This document shows positions 10,201 to 19,642 of a stretch of DNA of 64,000 nt, in pieces. The position numbers and the translations under genes are program-made. The notes under the pieces were generated by a model. The model had not been told where the DNA came from. It did not search any database and saw only the letters and a program-made list of their open reading frames with translations. How positions within the stretch are numbered: position 1 is the first letter of the stretch; every line of letters begins with the position of its first letter. Source of the DNA: an uncultured delta proteobacterium (GTDB lineage Bacteria; Myxococcota_A; Polyangia; Fen-1088); NCBI GenBank assembly GCA_963796685.1, contig CAWCMR010000005.1:352001-416000 (forward strand), read 5' to 3'.

Positions 10201-12936
10201 ATGGCCGATAGTTCTCCTGCCAAGAGCTTCACGGAATTCTTTAGCGTGGCCACTCGCGGCTTCTCACCATACGATTGGCAGCGCCTGGTGGCGCTCGATG
10301 GTCTGCCGGAGGTTCTGCCAGTGCCGACCGGGCTCGGGAAGACCGAGATTGCCCTCGCATGGGCTTGGCGACGGCTTGTGGCCGCTCGGCCGGAACCGCT
10401 TCACCTCGTCTACTGCCTACCGATGCGCAGCCTTGTGACGCAGACGACGCAGCGCCTTCGGGGGTACTTCGACCTTATCCGAACCCATGACGCCAGGTTA
10501 GATGTGGGCGTTCATCAGCTCATGGGCGGTGCGATCGATGAGGAGTGGGCGCGATGGCCAGAGAAGCCTTGGATCCTTGTTGGCACGCAAGACCAGCTCC
10601 TGTCCCGGGCGCTCAACCGTGGGTACGCGATGAGCCGTTTCGAGTGGCCAGTACACTTCGGGCTACTCAACAACGATTGCCGTTGGGTCATCGACGAAGT
10701 CCAGCTCATGGGACCGGGGCTCTGGACGTCCTCCCAGCTCGACTGGATGCGAAGAAAGCGGTTTCCAGCGTTGAAGCCCTGCCTCACAACCTGGATGAGC
10801 GCTACCGTCGGCACCTCCTTTCTGAGCACCACCGACCGCGCGCGCGAGGGAATTGGCGAGGCGTCACCTGCGCAGGTCGAGTTCGAGGGAAAGCTGAAGG
10901 AGTCACTCGATGCCGATCAAGGTCTCTCGTGGTGGCGTGAGGCGAGGCGGCCAGTCGAATGGACGAAGGCCAACACGGCAGATCGTCTTTCGGACGAAGT
11001 GCTCAAAGCACATGAGGCGGGGACGCTTTCGCTCATCATCTGCAACACCGTGAACATGGCTCGCGACGTATTCCGCATTTTGTCGGTGGAGCACAAGGTT
11101 CTGCTCACGTCCCGCTTCCGCCGAGGAGACCGCGTTGTGCACGAGCAGCGGCTCCTCGACTTCGATGCGACCCGAAAGGCCGGCAAGCTGCCGAAAGACC
11201 ACCCAGGCCTCATCTGCGTGAGCACCCAGGTGATCGAGGCGGGCGTGGACATCTCGGCGCATCGGCTCTGGTCCGAGCTTGCGCCGTGGCCCTCGGTGCT
11301 TCAGCGCCTCGGTCGCCTCAATCGAAAAGGAGACGATCAAGGCGCTTGTGCATGGCTCTGGGAGACGCCGAAGGAGAAGGGGCACGGCACGACCGACCGG
11401 ATCGGTCCATACGAAAGCTCGGACATCGCGCGCGCGAAGAAACTCGTCGAAGGGATGTCGCCGCTCTCGCGGGAGAAGCCATTCCCCGAGGCGGTCGCTG
11501 AGCTGGAAACGCAGGCTGCGAAGGATGTGCGCGAAGCGCTGCAACCAAAGCTGAGCCCTCTTCCACGCGCGATCGACGTCCATGGGCTGTTCTCCACCGA
11601 GCGTGACGTTCACGGTGGTTTCACCGATGTGAGCGCCTTCGTGCGTGGGACTGACCCCGATCTCGACGTGACAGTCTTCTGGCGCGACTGGTCAGGTGAC
11701 AGCCCGCCGCGCGGTGATGACCTCGACGGACTTCTGATCGATCCAGCGAGCGAGGGTTGCCCCGTGTCCTTCCCGCGTGTTCGGACGATGCTGGAGAACG
11801 GCAAGAGCAAGGCTTGGCTGTGGAACGACGAGGCCGACCGCTGGGAGCGCGCGAACCACTGGGAGATACACCCCGGCATGCTCGTCATGCTGAAACGCGA
11901 CGTGGGCGGCTACGACGCGACCGAGGGGTGGACGGGAGACATGTCGAACGTTCTCCCCGACGTGCCGCGCGCGGGGCGTGGCACGACCTTGCGAGACGAT
12001 GCCTGGACGGAGATCGGCTACTGGTCGCGACTCCAGGACCATCTCAATGACGCCCGTCGCGAGGCAGAGGCATTGTGCAAGACGCTTGGGCTGAACGGTG
12101 ACTTGCGTACAGCGGTCATCCAAGCTTCGGGGCTTCACGACCTCGGCAAGGCGCATCCCCAGTGGCAGGCCGCGTTACCCGATCGCTCTGGTATTCCCGC
12201 CGCACTACTCGCCAAGAGTCCGCGCGTGCTAGCGGTCGATGTGGTGGGCGAAGCCGCCGCAGTTCGAAGCCAAGTCCTTCGGCTTCGGCCGGTGGCGCTG
12301 TCGCTGCCCGACGAAGCGCGGAAACGCGACCGCAAAGAGGTCGTCCGACTCCGGTGGGCCATCGACGACAAGCTGGCCGAGAAGGACCTGAGCTCGCTGC
12401 GAGAGATCTCCGTCGTTCTCTGGGCAGGGCATGTGCAATTCCGCCCCGGCCTGCGCCACGAGGCGGCCTCCGCGCTCGCGATGTGGCGGAAGTACCGCGA
12501 CGGCGGCGACACGTATCCTGCCCTTGCTGTCTACCTGGCAGCGACCCACCACGGAAAGGTGCGTACGGTGCTGCGATCGACCACTGGCGAGCCCAATGAT
12601 GTGTTTGGCGTCCGTACCGAGCCCAGCTCCCTGGTGCTTGGCTCGGAGCAGTGGCCGCTCGACTTCTCGATCACCAAGGACGGGGCCGAGGGCCGCTGGG
12701 AGGGCAACGAGTTCGTGCTGACGGGGCACGGCTGGACTGGCCTAGTCGCTGATCTGCTCGGCCCCTGGCGACCGGAAGAGGCGGGCGATGCCGGCGTCGT
12801 GCCGGAGACCGAGCCGCGCCATCTTGGGCCGTTCGCTTTGGCATATCTGGAGGCACTCGTCCGTATCGCCGACTGGCGAGCGAGTGCCAACCCGAGCGCG
12901 AGTATCAAACCAAGCGAGGTGCGTCGTGGCGGCTGA
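10201..12936 (+). CDS. cas3: Type I-G Cas3 (SF2 helicase N-terminal, HD nuclease C-terminal)
   Basis: PTGLGKT, DEVQ, SAT, STQVIEAGVD, QRLGRLNR; HD motifs DHL, HDLGK, RHE, HHG, ADW at the C-terminus. Confidence 0.95.
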   Translation: MADSSPAKSFTEFFSVATRGFSPYDWQRLVALDGLPEVLPVPTGLGKTEIALAWAWRRLVAARPEPLHLVYCLPMRSLVTQTTQRLRGYFDLIRTHDARLDVGVHQLMGGAIDEEWARWPEKPWILVGTQDQLLSRALNRGYAMSRFEWPVHFGLLNNDCRWVIDEVQLMGPGLWTSSQLDWMRRKRFPALKPCLTTWMSATVGTSFLSTTDRAREGIGEASPAQVEFEGKLKESLDADQGLSWWREARRPVEWTKANTADRLSDEVLKAHEAGTLSLIICNTVNMARDVFRILSVEHKVLLTSRFRRGDRVVHEQRLLDFDATRKAGKLPKDHPGLICVSTQVIEAGVDISAHRLWSELAPWPSVLQRLGRLNRKGDDQGACAWLWETPKEKGHGTTDRIGPYESSDIARAKKLVEGMSPLSREKPFPEAVAELETQAAKDVREALQPKLSPLPRAIDVHGLFSTERDVHGGFTDVSAFVRGTDPDLDVTVFWRDWSGDSPPRGDDLDGLLIDPASEGCPVSFPRVRTMLENGKSKAWLWNDEADRWERANHWEIHPGMLVMLKRDVGGYDATEGWTGDMSNVLPDVPRAGRGTTLRDDAWTEIGYWSRLQDHLNDARREAEALCKTLGLNGDLRTAVIQASGLHDLGKAHPQWQAALPDRSGIPAALLAKSPRVLAVDVVGEAAAVRSQVLRLRPVALSLPDEARKRDRKEVVRLRWAIDDKLAEKDLSSLREISVVLWAGHVQFRPGLRHEAASALAMWRKYRDGGDTYPALAVYLAATHHGKVRTVLRSTTGEPNDVFGVRTEPSSLVLGSEQWPLDFSITKDGAEGRWEGNEFVLTGHGWTGLVADLLGPWRPEEAGDAGVVPETEPRHLGPFALAYLEALVRIADWRASANPSASIKPSEVRRGG

Positions 12937-15070
12937 GCTTCGTCTTCCGGTTCTGGCACTACCCGGCCTGTCTCCCGACAGCCTCGGTAACTACCTCGCG
13001 TCCCTCGGCCTCCTACGCGTTCTCAGCCGGAAGTGGCCAAGCACGCGCATCGCATGGCGCGACGAGGTGCTGCAGGTTGTGGGCGGGCCTGCGTCGCTGG
13101 ATGAGTTGCTCGACGAGCTCGTGCGAGTCGCAGGCGAACGTACGTGGACCGAGTACGACAAAGCGTGGTCTGATGCGCAGAAGAAGGGCACGAAGGCCAA
13201 GTCAGGAGAGCCGCTGGCGCTCTGGCAGGCGCAGGCGGACGAGAACCATCTTGGGTTGTTCGCGGCGCACGTAGTGCCGCACACCCGCGCCTTCAACCCG
13301 CTTCTCGGAACTGGTGGAAATGCCGGACGGCGGGACTTCGCGGCGGGATGGAGGCAAGCGGTCGATGCTCTCGCTACGGCCCGCACGAGCAAACCGAAGA
13401 AGTCCAAAGGACGCGGGAAGAGGGCTTCGGTCTCCGATGGCGATGCAGACAACGATCCCGACGACAGGCGGAAGGAGCTGGGAGCGTTCCTCCTCGGGCA
13501 ACCGGTCACCTGGCTGCTCGAGAAGCTCGGAGCTGGTTCCTGGTTCAGCGAGGCGACGAAGCTCTATAACAGCGGCCAGTCGCCGGCTCGCGAAGGGCAG
13601 ATCTCGCCTTGGGCGATGGCAATCGCATGCGAGGGCTTGGCGCTCCTCGCCGGTGGTCCCTCCCGCCGGCTCGGTTCTCGCTCACGTATCGCCGGAGCAT
13701 TCCCCTTCGTAACTCAGCCCGCCGCATCCGAGAAGGCGGGCGAGGTGGATCGTGTGCGTGCAGAGATCTGGGCGCCGTTGTGGCAGCGACCCATGACTAT
13801 CGCCGAGACGGCGACGCTACTCCTGCGTGGTCGAGCGGAGCTGCACGGAAGAGGCGCGCTGACATCAGCCGCCTTCGCGACAGCTATTCGAAAGAGGGGC
13901 GTAGACGCTGGCGTCAGCGAGTTTCGCCGCTTCACGCTCGGCAGGACGACGAGCGCCAACACATTTGAGCCGCGGTTCGAGGCCCGCTTCCCCCTCGATG
14001 CCAATATTGATGCGGCGGGCGCGGCGACTTCAATCGCACTCGAACGCATCACCGCGCTGATCGAACAGCGCGGGTTCCCAAGAGACGGTAAGCGATTTGC
14101 TGGCCTTCGTGGCCCTATCGAGGCCGCGCTACTCGACGTCGCAGCCGAGCTTCAGCGTTCAGAGGCGGCGATCGCGTTGCTCGACGCGATCACCGGGGCA
14201 CTGGACCGCATCGACCGCAATCGCAGCTTCCGCGCGGGCAAGGTCCGCTGGGAGCCGCTGCCCCTTGAGTGGCTACCTTCGCTGTTCGCCGACGAGCGGC
14301 CCGCGGTCGAAGCGCGGCTAGCTCTGTCGGTCGTGTCGGCCTTCCCGGCCGCACAGCCCTTCGCGACGTATCGCTTCGGTGTCGAGTGGGGCTTTGGCCG
14401 CTATGAGCACACGGAGCGACCGCCCGCCCGCTGGATTTGGGGCCCCGGCCCACTTGCCCGTGTCCTTGGGACGCTTCTGTCACGAAGGCTCCTTGACGAG
14501 GCGACCGCAGAGGGGGACAGCGTCTGGGCCCAGGGCCGCGCGCCTTTGCCTGCCACGACGGCACACGTCCATCTGTGGCTCACCAACGAGATCGACGAGT
14601 CGCTATTGGCATCGTGGCTCTCACGGCTCGCGCTCTTCGACTGGCGGAAGGTACCTCAACAGATGCGCTCGCTCCTCAGTGGTCAGGCCACGGCTCCGCG
14701 AGCCGATGGCCAGCTGGCATTGCTGGGGCTCATGCAGCCCCTCGTTGATCGGCGGGCCTTGGTCGTTCGAAGTCTGTCGCCGAGCGACCTCCTCTCCGAT
14801 GCCACAGGCGCACGCACGACAGCGGCCGCGCGATCCCTCGTCACGCTGATCCGCTCGGGAGACATCGACACCGCCGTGAGGCTCGCGAGCAGCCGCTACG
14901 CGATGGCCGGCGCGCGCCTCGCATCGTTCGGCGTCCCTTGGCGTGCTCGTGACACGGACCATCTCGGCGCGGCCTTTCTCTTCACCATTCCTGACCGCGA
15001 TCGGGCGGTCCTTTTCGAACGCTGGCTTCGTCCTCGACGCCGGCAGCAAGGAGACCAAGCACATGTCTGA
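12926..15070 (+). CDS. cas8g: Type I-G large subunit Cas8g (Csx17/Cas8u)
   Basis: LGNYLASLGLLRVL N-terminus, FNPLLGTGGNAG, SPW...EG, AFPF, EIWAPLW; GTG start overlaps cas3 end. Confidence 0.88.
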   Translation: MAAELRLPVLALPGLSPDSLGNYLASLGLLRVLSRKWPSTRIAWRDEVLQVVGGPASLDELLDELVRVAGERTWTEYDKAWSDAQKKGTKAKSGEPLALWQAQADENHLGLFAAHVVPHTRAFNPLLGTGGNAGRRDFAAGWRQAVDALATARTSKPKKSKGRGKRASVSDGDADNDPDDRRKELGAFLLGQPVTWLLEKLGAGSWFSEATKLYNSGQSPAREGQISPWAMAIACEGLALLAGGPSRRLGSRSRIAGAFPFVTQPAASEKAGEVDRVRAEIWAPLWQRPMTIAETATLLLRGRAELHGRGALTSAAFATAIRKRGVDAGVSEFRRFTLGRTTSANTFEPRFEARFPLDANIDAAGAATSIALERITALIEQRGFPRDGKRFAGLRGPIEAALLDVAAELQRSEAAIALLDAITGALDRIDRNRSFRAGKVRWEPLPLEWLPSLFADERPAVEARLALSVVSAFPAAQPFATYRFGVEWGFGRYEHTERPPARWIWGPGPLARVLGTLLSRRLLDEATAEGDSVWAQGRAPLPATTAHVHLWLTNEIDESLLASWLSRLALFDWRKVPQQMRSLLSGQATAPRADGQLALLGLMQPLVDRRALVVRSLSPSDLLSDATGARTTAAARSLVTLIRSGDIDTAVRLASSRYAMAGARLASFGVPWRARDTDHLGAAFLFTIPDRDRAVLFERWLRPRRRQQGDQAHV

Positions 15071-16241
15071 AACAGAGAATACTAAGCTGACCCCAAGCGA
15101 GGTTCTGAAGAGCGAGTCGCCACTCATCCTAACGGCAACTCTCGAGCCGATTGTTGGCGACCGGTTCCAACCTGCCGGATTCCCCGAGATCGGCCATGTC
15201 ATCTACAAGGCACCTCGTAAGGAAGGCACTACCGAGAACGTCTGCATCGTCGATAGCGCCGCCAGCATGGCCAACCATCTCGAGTCGGTCTGCCAGCGCG
15301 GCCCGCACGACCTCGATCTCGTCGAGGACCTCGACGGCATGCCCCACATCCGATGCGTCACGGGCGACCCGAAGGATAAGAAGCTGCCGACCGAAAGCCG
15401 CGAGGTTGTCGTCACAAGTCTCACGGAGGGCCACCGCATCGCATCCTCCTATTTCGTCGATGGGATTGTTCTGAACCAAGACGGAAAGAGGGAGGTGAGG
15501 AAGAGCAAAGAAGGCAAGGATGAGCCTCTGACACTAGAGCGTGACCTCATCGACAAACTCGGCATCGTCCTGCCCGGAAGCTCAAGAGCGCACCCCACGG
15601 CTGACAAGTGGTGGGCTGTCTTCAAGACCATCTTCGAACTCGACCCGAACTCACTCGTCCACGGCGTGCTCTTTCCGCAGTGGCAGATCAAGATCCCCCG
15701 CGCACTCACAGCGCATCTCGAGGCTTTCGGCGCCGGCCGTGTCGATCGCTCCGGCGTCAAGTTCGACAGGTTGGGAAAGACGACCTCCGGCCAGCCGATC
15801 TTCGCGATCGACGATGCCATCGCAGAGTCGATTCGTGCAACCTTCGTCCTGGACGTCAGCCTGATCCGCTCATTTGGGCGAACGAAGAAGGAAGGCGACA
15901 CGGAAACGCAGCTCGGCCTATCGAAGCCGCAGCAGGAGTTCCTCGTCGCGCTCGCCCTGTGGAAGATCCAGAAGCTCGTCGAGTCCCCGTTCCGTTTCAG
16001 GTCCGGCTGCCACTTGCGTTGCACGAGCCTCACGAGCGGCAAGCGAGAGGTCTCGATCCACCCCGACATCAAACACGCGATCAAAGCTGCTGCTTTTCGA
16101 AGCCAGGAACCCGGTGACGGTGCTCCAAAGCTCCCGATCATCACCGACGTGTTCTGGCCTCGTGACGAGCTGTATCGGGAAGGCCAGGCCGAGAGCGCCA
16201 ATACCCCAAAGAGTGACGACGATACGCCGGAAGAGGCGTGA
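15063..16241 (+). CDS. csb1: Type I-G Cas7 (Csb1)
   Basis: RFQPAGFP, VDSAASMANHLE, GHRIAS, DPNSLVHGV, IPRAL, SGVKFD, FRSGC. Confidence 0.92.
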   Translation: MSETENTKLTPSEVLKSESPLILTATLEPIVGDRFQPAGFPEIGHVIYKAPRKEGTTENVCIVDSAASMANHLESVCQRGPHDLDLVEDLDGMPHIRCVTGDPKDKKLPTESREVVVTSLTEGHRIASSYFVDGIVLNQDGKREVRKSKEGKDEPLTLERDLIDKLGIVLPGSSRAHPTADKWWAVFKTIFELDPNSLVHGVLFPQWQIKIPRALTAHLEAFGAGRVDRSGVKFDRLGKTTSGQPIFAIDDAIAESIRATFVLDVSLIRSFGRTKKEGDTETQLGLSKPQQEFLVALALWKIQKLVESPFRFRSGCHLRCTSLTSGKREVSIHPDIKHAIKAAAFRSQEPGDGAPKLPIITDVFWPRDELYREGQAESANTPKSDDDTPEEA

Positions 16242-18064
16242 TGCTGGTCGTTCTTCGCCAGGAATTTCCACTGGGGCGCTTTCACGCCACCCCGTGGCGT
16301 GTGAACCCATTCGACGACCCTCACGGCGAATGGCCTCCGAGCCCTTGGCGGTTGGTCCGTGCCGTCACCGCGCGCTGGTACCAGTGGACGCGCGAGGAGC
16401 AATCCGCCCCGGACATCGCCGAGCTTGAGCGCTTGCAGGCCGCGCTGTGCGCGAGCACGTATGCTTTTCAGCTTCCCACAGACGCGCGGAAAGGCAGCCC
16501 ACTCAGGCAGTACCATCCGACCGAGTTCAAGATGGATCCGCCGAACTGGAGGCACGTCGCCCGCTTTCAACGCGCCGTAGGGAGCACGGCGGGCAGCAAC
16601 GAAGCCGCGACCTCGAAGGACAAGAAGGCCAGGTCAAAGGCCGCTCGGAGCAAGCAAGCGACGCCGGAGGAGAAAGCCAACGAAGAGGCCAGGAAGAAGA
16701 TCAAGGACCTCAAGGGCGTGAAGCTCGTCGAGGAGAAGCACGATGGTCGTCTGGAATGGGAGGTAACGGTCAAAGACAAGGACGCAGACGAGAGCAAGAA
16801 GAGAGTCCAGGAGATCCTCGGTGTTCCGATGGGTTCTTGGCAGAGAGTGGCAGATGCCGGATCTCGCGGTTATGGGACGAGTCTTGTCCAGGACAACTAC
16901 TGGTGCGTCCCTCCAGAAGAGCCGGTATGGTGGTTCATCGAAGGTGACTCGTGGACGCCCCAACTCGTCACGGCGCTTGAGCAGTGCCTCTCACGCATGA
17001 CCTACTTCGGAAGGGCCGAGACGCTCACGCGCATTCGCTGCGCGGGTCCACAGGATCCAATCCCTGTACGCAACTGTCGGCTCATCGAAAGACGCGCATC
17101 TGCCGCCGTCCCGGTCCTGACGCCGCTCCAAGGCGCCACGCGGGCCGACATCGAGCGCATCACGGACGATCCGGAATCCGAGAAGCGTGCGGTGCCGCCG
17201 GGTGCGATTTTCCTCTACGCGGTTCGGCCGCCTCGCCCTGCTGCTCGTGAGCGCCGACGAACACCTACTCCTCGGCTCGACTGCCATCTGATGCAGTTTG
17301 CATTGGGCTGGAACGTCGCCCCCGATCCTCGCGCGATAGTACGGCTGACCTCGCGGTTTCGGGGGGCAATCCTTCGCGAGCTTCTGCACCTCAAGACGGG
17401 AGATTCATCGGCGACGTGGACGCGCGTCGGTCGCGAGGTGCGTGCGTCGATCACGGACATGGCCGGCAAGGACGCGGACAACGCCCCACTCAAGGGACAC
17501 CGCCACACGGAGTTCTTCGCTTGGTGCGAGGACGGGCACCCAACGCGTATCGTTGTTTGGAGGGGGGCACGCGTCTTCGATGCTGACGAGCAAGACGCCA
17601 TCCTGACAGCAGCGTCCCGCGACGTGTCCTGGGCAGCTGCAGGCTCAGACGCGTACGAGTGGAAGGTGCGCCTCATCCCTCTGGATCGAGATGTTCCTGC
17701 GCCGCCTGGATTCGATGCTCAGCCTTCGATCAGTTGGGAGTCGGTCACGCCCTACGTGCCCCTCCGGCACCATCTTCGTGGCGGCAAGGAGAGGACGGGC
17801 GAGTCGATCGCCGCTCAAATTCGCCGGGAGCTCATACAACGCGGCTTCGCGGACGGCGATCGAGTGGGGGTCCAATGCGAGGAATCCCCGATTTGGGTGT
17901 CGGTCCATGTTCCACGTCGAGAAGCAGACAAACGAGCATTCATCGGCGGTCGCCGTGGCCAGTCATCAGTCCGACTACATTTCCCGGCGCCCGTCGTTGG
18001 CCCCATCAGACTGGGCCACTCTAGTGCCTACGGGCTAGGCCTGTTTCGCCCAACGAAGCTGTGA
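16238..18064 (+). CDS. csb2: Type I-G Csb2 (Cas5-Cas6 fusion) with a charged insertion
   Basis: GRFHATPW..EWPPSPWRL, YFGRAE, WESVTPY, C-terminal GHSSAYGLGLF G-loop. Confidence 0.92.
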   Translation: MMLVVLRQEFPLGRFHATPWRVNPFDDPHGEWPPSPWRLVRAVTARWYQWTREEQSAPDIAELERLQAALCASTYAFQLPTDARKGSPLRQYHPTEFKMDPPNWRHVARFQRAVGSTAGSNEAATSKDKKARSKAARSKQATPEEKANEEARKKIKDLKGVKLVEEKHDGRLEWEVTVKDKDADESKKRVQEILGVPMGSWQRVADAGSRGYGTSLVQDNYWCVPPEEPVWWFIEGDSWTPQLVTALEQCLSRMTYFGRAETLTRIRCAGPQDPIPVRNCRLIERRASAAVPVLTPLQGATRADIERITDDPESEKRAVPPGAIFLYAVRPPRPAARERRRTPTPRLDCHLMQFALGWNVAPDPRAIVRLTSRFRGAILRELLHLKTGDSSATWTRVGREVRASITDMAGKDADNAPLKGHRHTEFFAWCEDGHPTRIVVWRGARVFDADEQDAILTAASRDVSWAAAGSDAYEWKVRLIPLDRDVPAPPGFDAQPSISWESVTPYVPLRHHLRGGKERTGESIAAQIRRELIQRGFADGDRVGVQCEESPIWVSVHVPRREADKRAFIGGRRGQSSVRLHFPAPVVGPIRLGHSSAYGLGLFRPTKL

Positions 18065-18395
18065 GTAGTCGGCACTGGCGACAAGATATTTCTGAGGTCC
18101 AGCCGCCGCAGCACGGCCACGACGCAATCGTCGGCGTACAAGCGAAGGGCCAACGCGCGCTCCTTACTTCCTTTGCTCCACCAGCTGGCTTGGATATCGC
18201 TTCTGCAATTCCGCGACTAGACTTTCGGCATTCGCCCAGTCGCTACAGATTAGGTCGTGATGGTCGTAGTAGTACGCCAGCGCCGCATGCACCTCGGCCA
18301 ACCCGAGGCGCGGATTGGCCTCCCCAATCTCGTCCGGGGTCACACCCCGGTGCTCGTAGTCGGAGGCGATCAGGCTGACCTTGATATCGGTCCGA

Positions 18396-18545
18396 TCAGA
18401 GGTGCGTCTTCGCTTTGAGGGACGCGAGCAGTGCGGGCATGGCGGCCCGATCCTTCTCTCGAGCCGAAGCTTTCTTGCTCGCGATCACTCGCCCGAGGGG
18501 AGGGAGCTTCACCGTGAAGTCGTCGATTGGGTAGTCGATCACCGA
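18396..18545 (-). pseudogene. C-terminal remnant of a nucleotidyltransferase-like TA protein
   Basis: VKLPPLGRVIASKKASAREKDRAAMPAL matches the usual NTase tail; catalytic N-terminus missing. Confidence 0.45.
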
Positions 18546-18784
18546 CAGCGAGCGAGGCACCTCGACAGCCTTTCCATGGGAGTGAGGGTGAGGTTGTAGA
18601 GGGCGTGCTCGATGTCTCCAACGTCGAGCTGGCACCCCGACGAGAGCCGCTTCGCCACCCTGCGCCGATAGAGCCGGTCGGATTTCAACTTTTCGAGCCT
18701 GTATTCGGTTCCCCACCTCGCCCTCGCCCCTTGGCGAGCGATCTCGCTCCGCTTTTCGGAGGTCAGCGAGGCAGCGCGAGCCAA
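18539..18784 (-). CDS. Small basic protein (ARAASLTSEKRSEIARQGARARW motif), probably a 5'-degraded TA partner
   Basis: Recurrent small DNA-binding-type motif; LTPMERL tail. Confidence 0.45.
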   Translation of the reverse strand: MARAASLTSEKRSEIARQGARARWGTEYRLEKLKSDRLYRRRVAKRLSSGCQLDVGDIEHALYNLTLTPMERLSRCLARCR

Positions 18785-18845
18785 GGTCCTGGTTTTGGCT
18801 CAGCATCACCCGCCCTTCGAGCGGCGGCGAGCATATCGCCCACTT

Positions 18846-19098
18846 TCACCCAATCATCACGCGGCGACAGAACCGCGCGATGTCAGCGTGCGGGATCTGG
18901 ACGACCGTGGAATTGAGCCTTCGGGCATCGCCCTTCAGGGGCACCCCTTTTGCGGTGAGCCGGTCGACCATGCGGAAAACTGTAGCATTGCCACCCGCTG
19001 TCCCGCCATCAAAGCGCCAGCTCCCCCGCTCCGCCCCGACGAGCACGCGGAACGGGGCGAGGAATGCGTCCTGGTCCGTGCGCATCCGCCGAGGCTGG
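18846..19098 (-). pseudogene. Chimeric remnant: vapC fragment joined to an MNT-like N-terminus
   Basis: [14 protein letters not shown] and LTAKG match VapC at 21023-21421; IPHADIARFCRR resembles MNT starts. Confidence 0.55.
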
Positions 19099-19180
19099 CC
19101 AGGGCGACTTCACGACACGGATTCTCAACCTCCCGTCTCGGATGCTGAACGCACCCCGTTGCGGTATAGTCCTACCGTCG

Positions 19181-19642
19181 ATGAGCAAGCGTCCAACATT
19201 TCGCCGCGCGCCGGATGAGCTCAAACCCGGGGTCGTCGGAGCATGGCCGACGGACAGGCCGGATCCTGCCTCCGTGGCGACGCAGGTGCACTACCGAGCC
19301 AGCGGCGAGCACAAGGACTACCCGTCATCGACAGGAAGTTGGACGCTCGGCCCGGTCAGGGCCGACAAGGCCAAGTGCCAGCGGTTCGCCGAAGCGGACT
19401 GGCCACTCGTGCAGGACGCGCTTCGCCAGGCCATTTGCTGTCGTTGCGTAAGTCGCGACTTCCGCGGCAACTTCCCCTCTCGGGTCTGGGCCTTTGTCAA
19501 CGGTGTGTTGCACGAGGCGAGGTTGACCAACGAAGCAGCCGGCGAGTACCACGGCTTTCCCCTCCAGTATGAGGACCAGCAGCCCAAGGATCCGAATAGG
19601 ATCCTAAGGAACGCACCCCATGTCACGATCCCTGTCGATTAA
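19181..19642 (+). CDS. Hypothetical protein, possible nuclease toxin
   Basis: Motifs Y..SGEHK, FPSRVW, HEARLTN..GEYHGFP; TATAGT -10 at 19165-19170; overlaps next gene. Confidence 0.65.
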   Translation: MSKRPTFRRAPDELKPGVVGAWPTDRPDPASVATQVHYRASGEHKDYPSSTGSWTLGPVRADKAKCQRFAEADWPLVQDALRQAICCRCVSRDFRGNFPSRVWAFVNGVLHEARLTNEAAGEYHGFPLQYEDQQPKDPNRILRNAPHVTIPVD

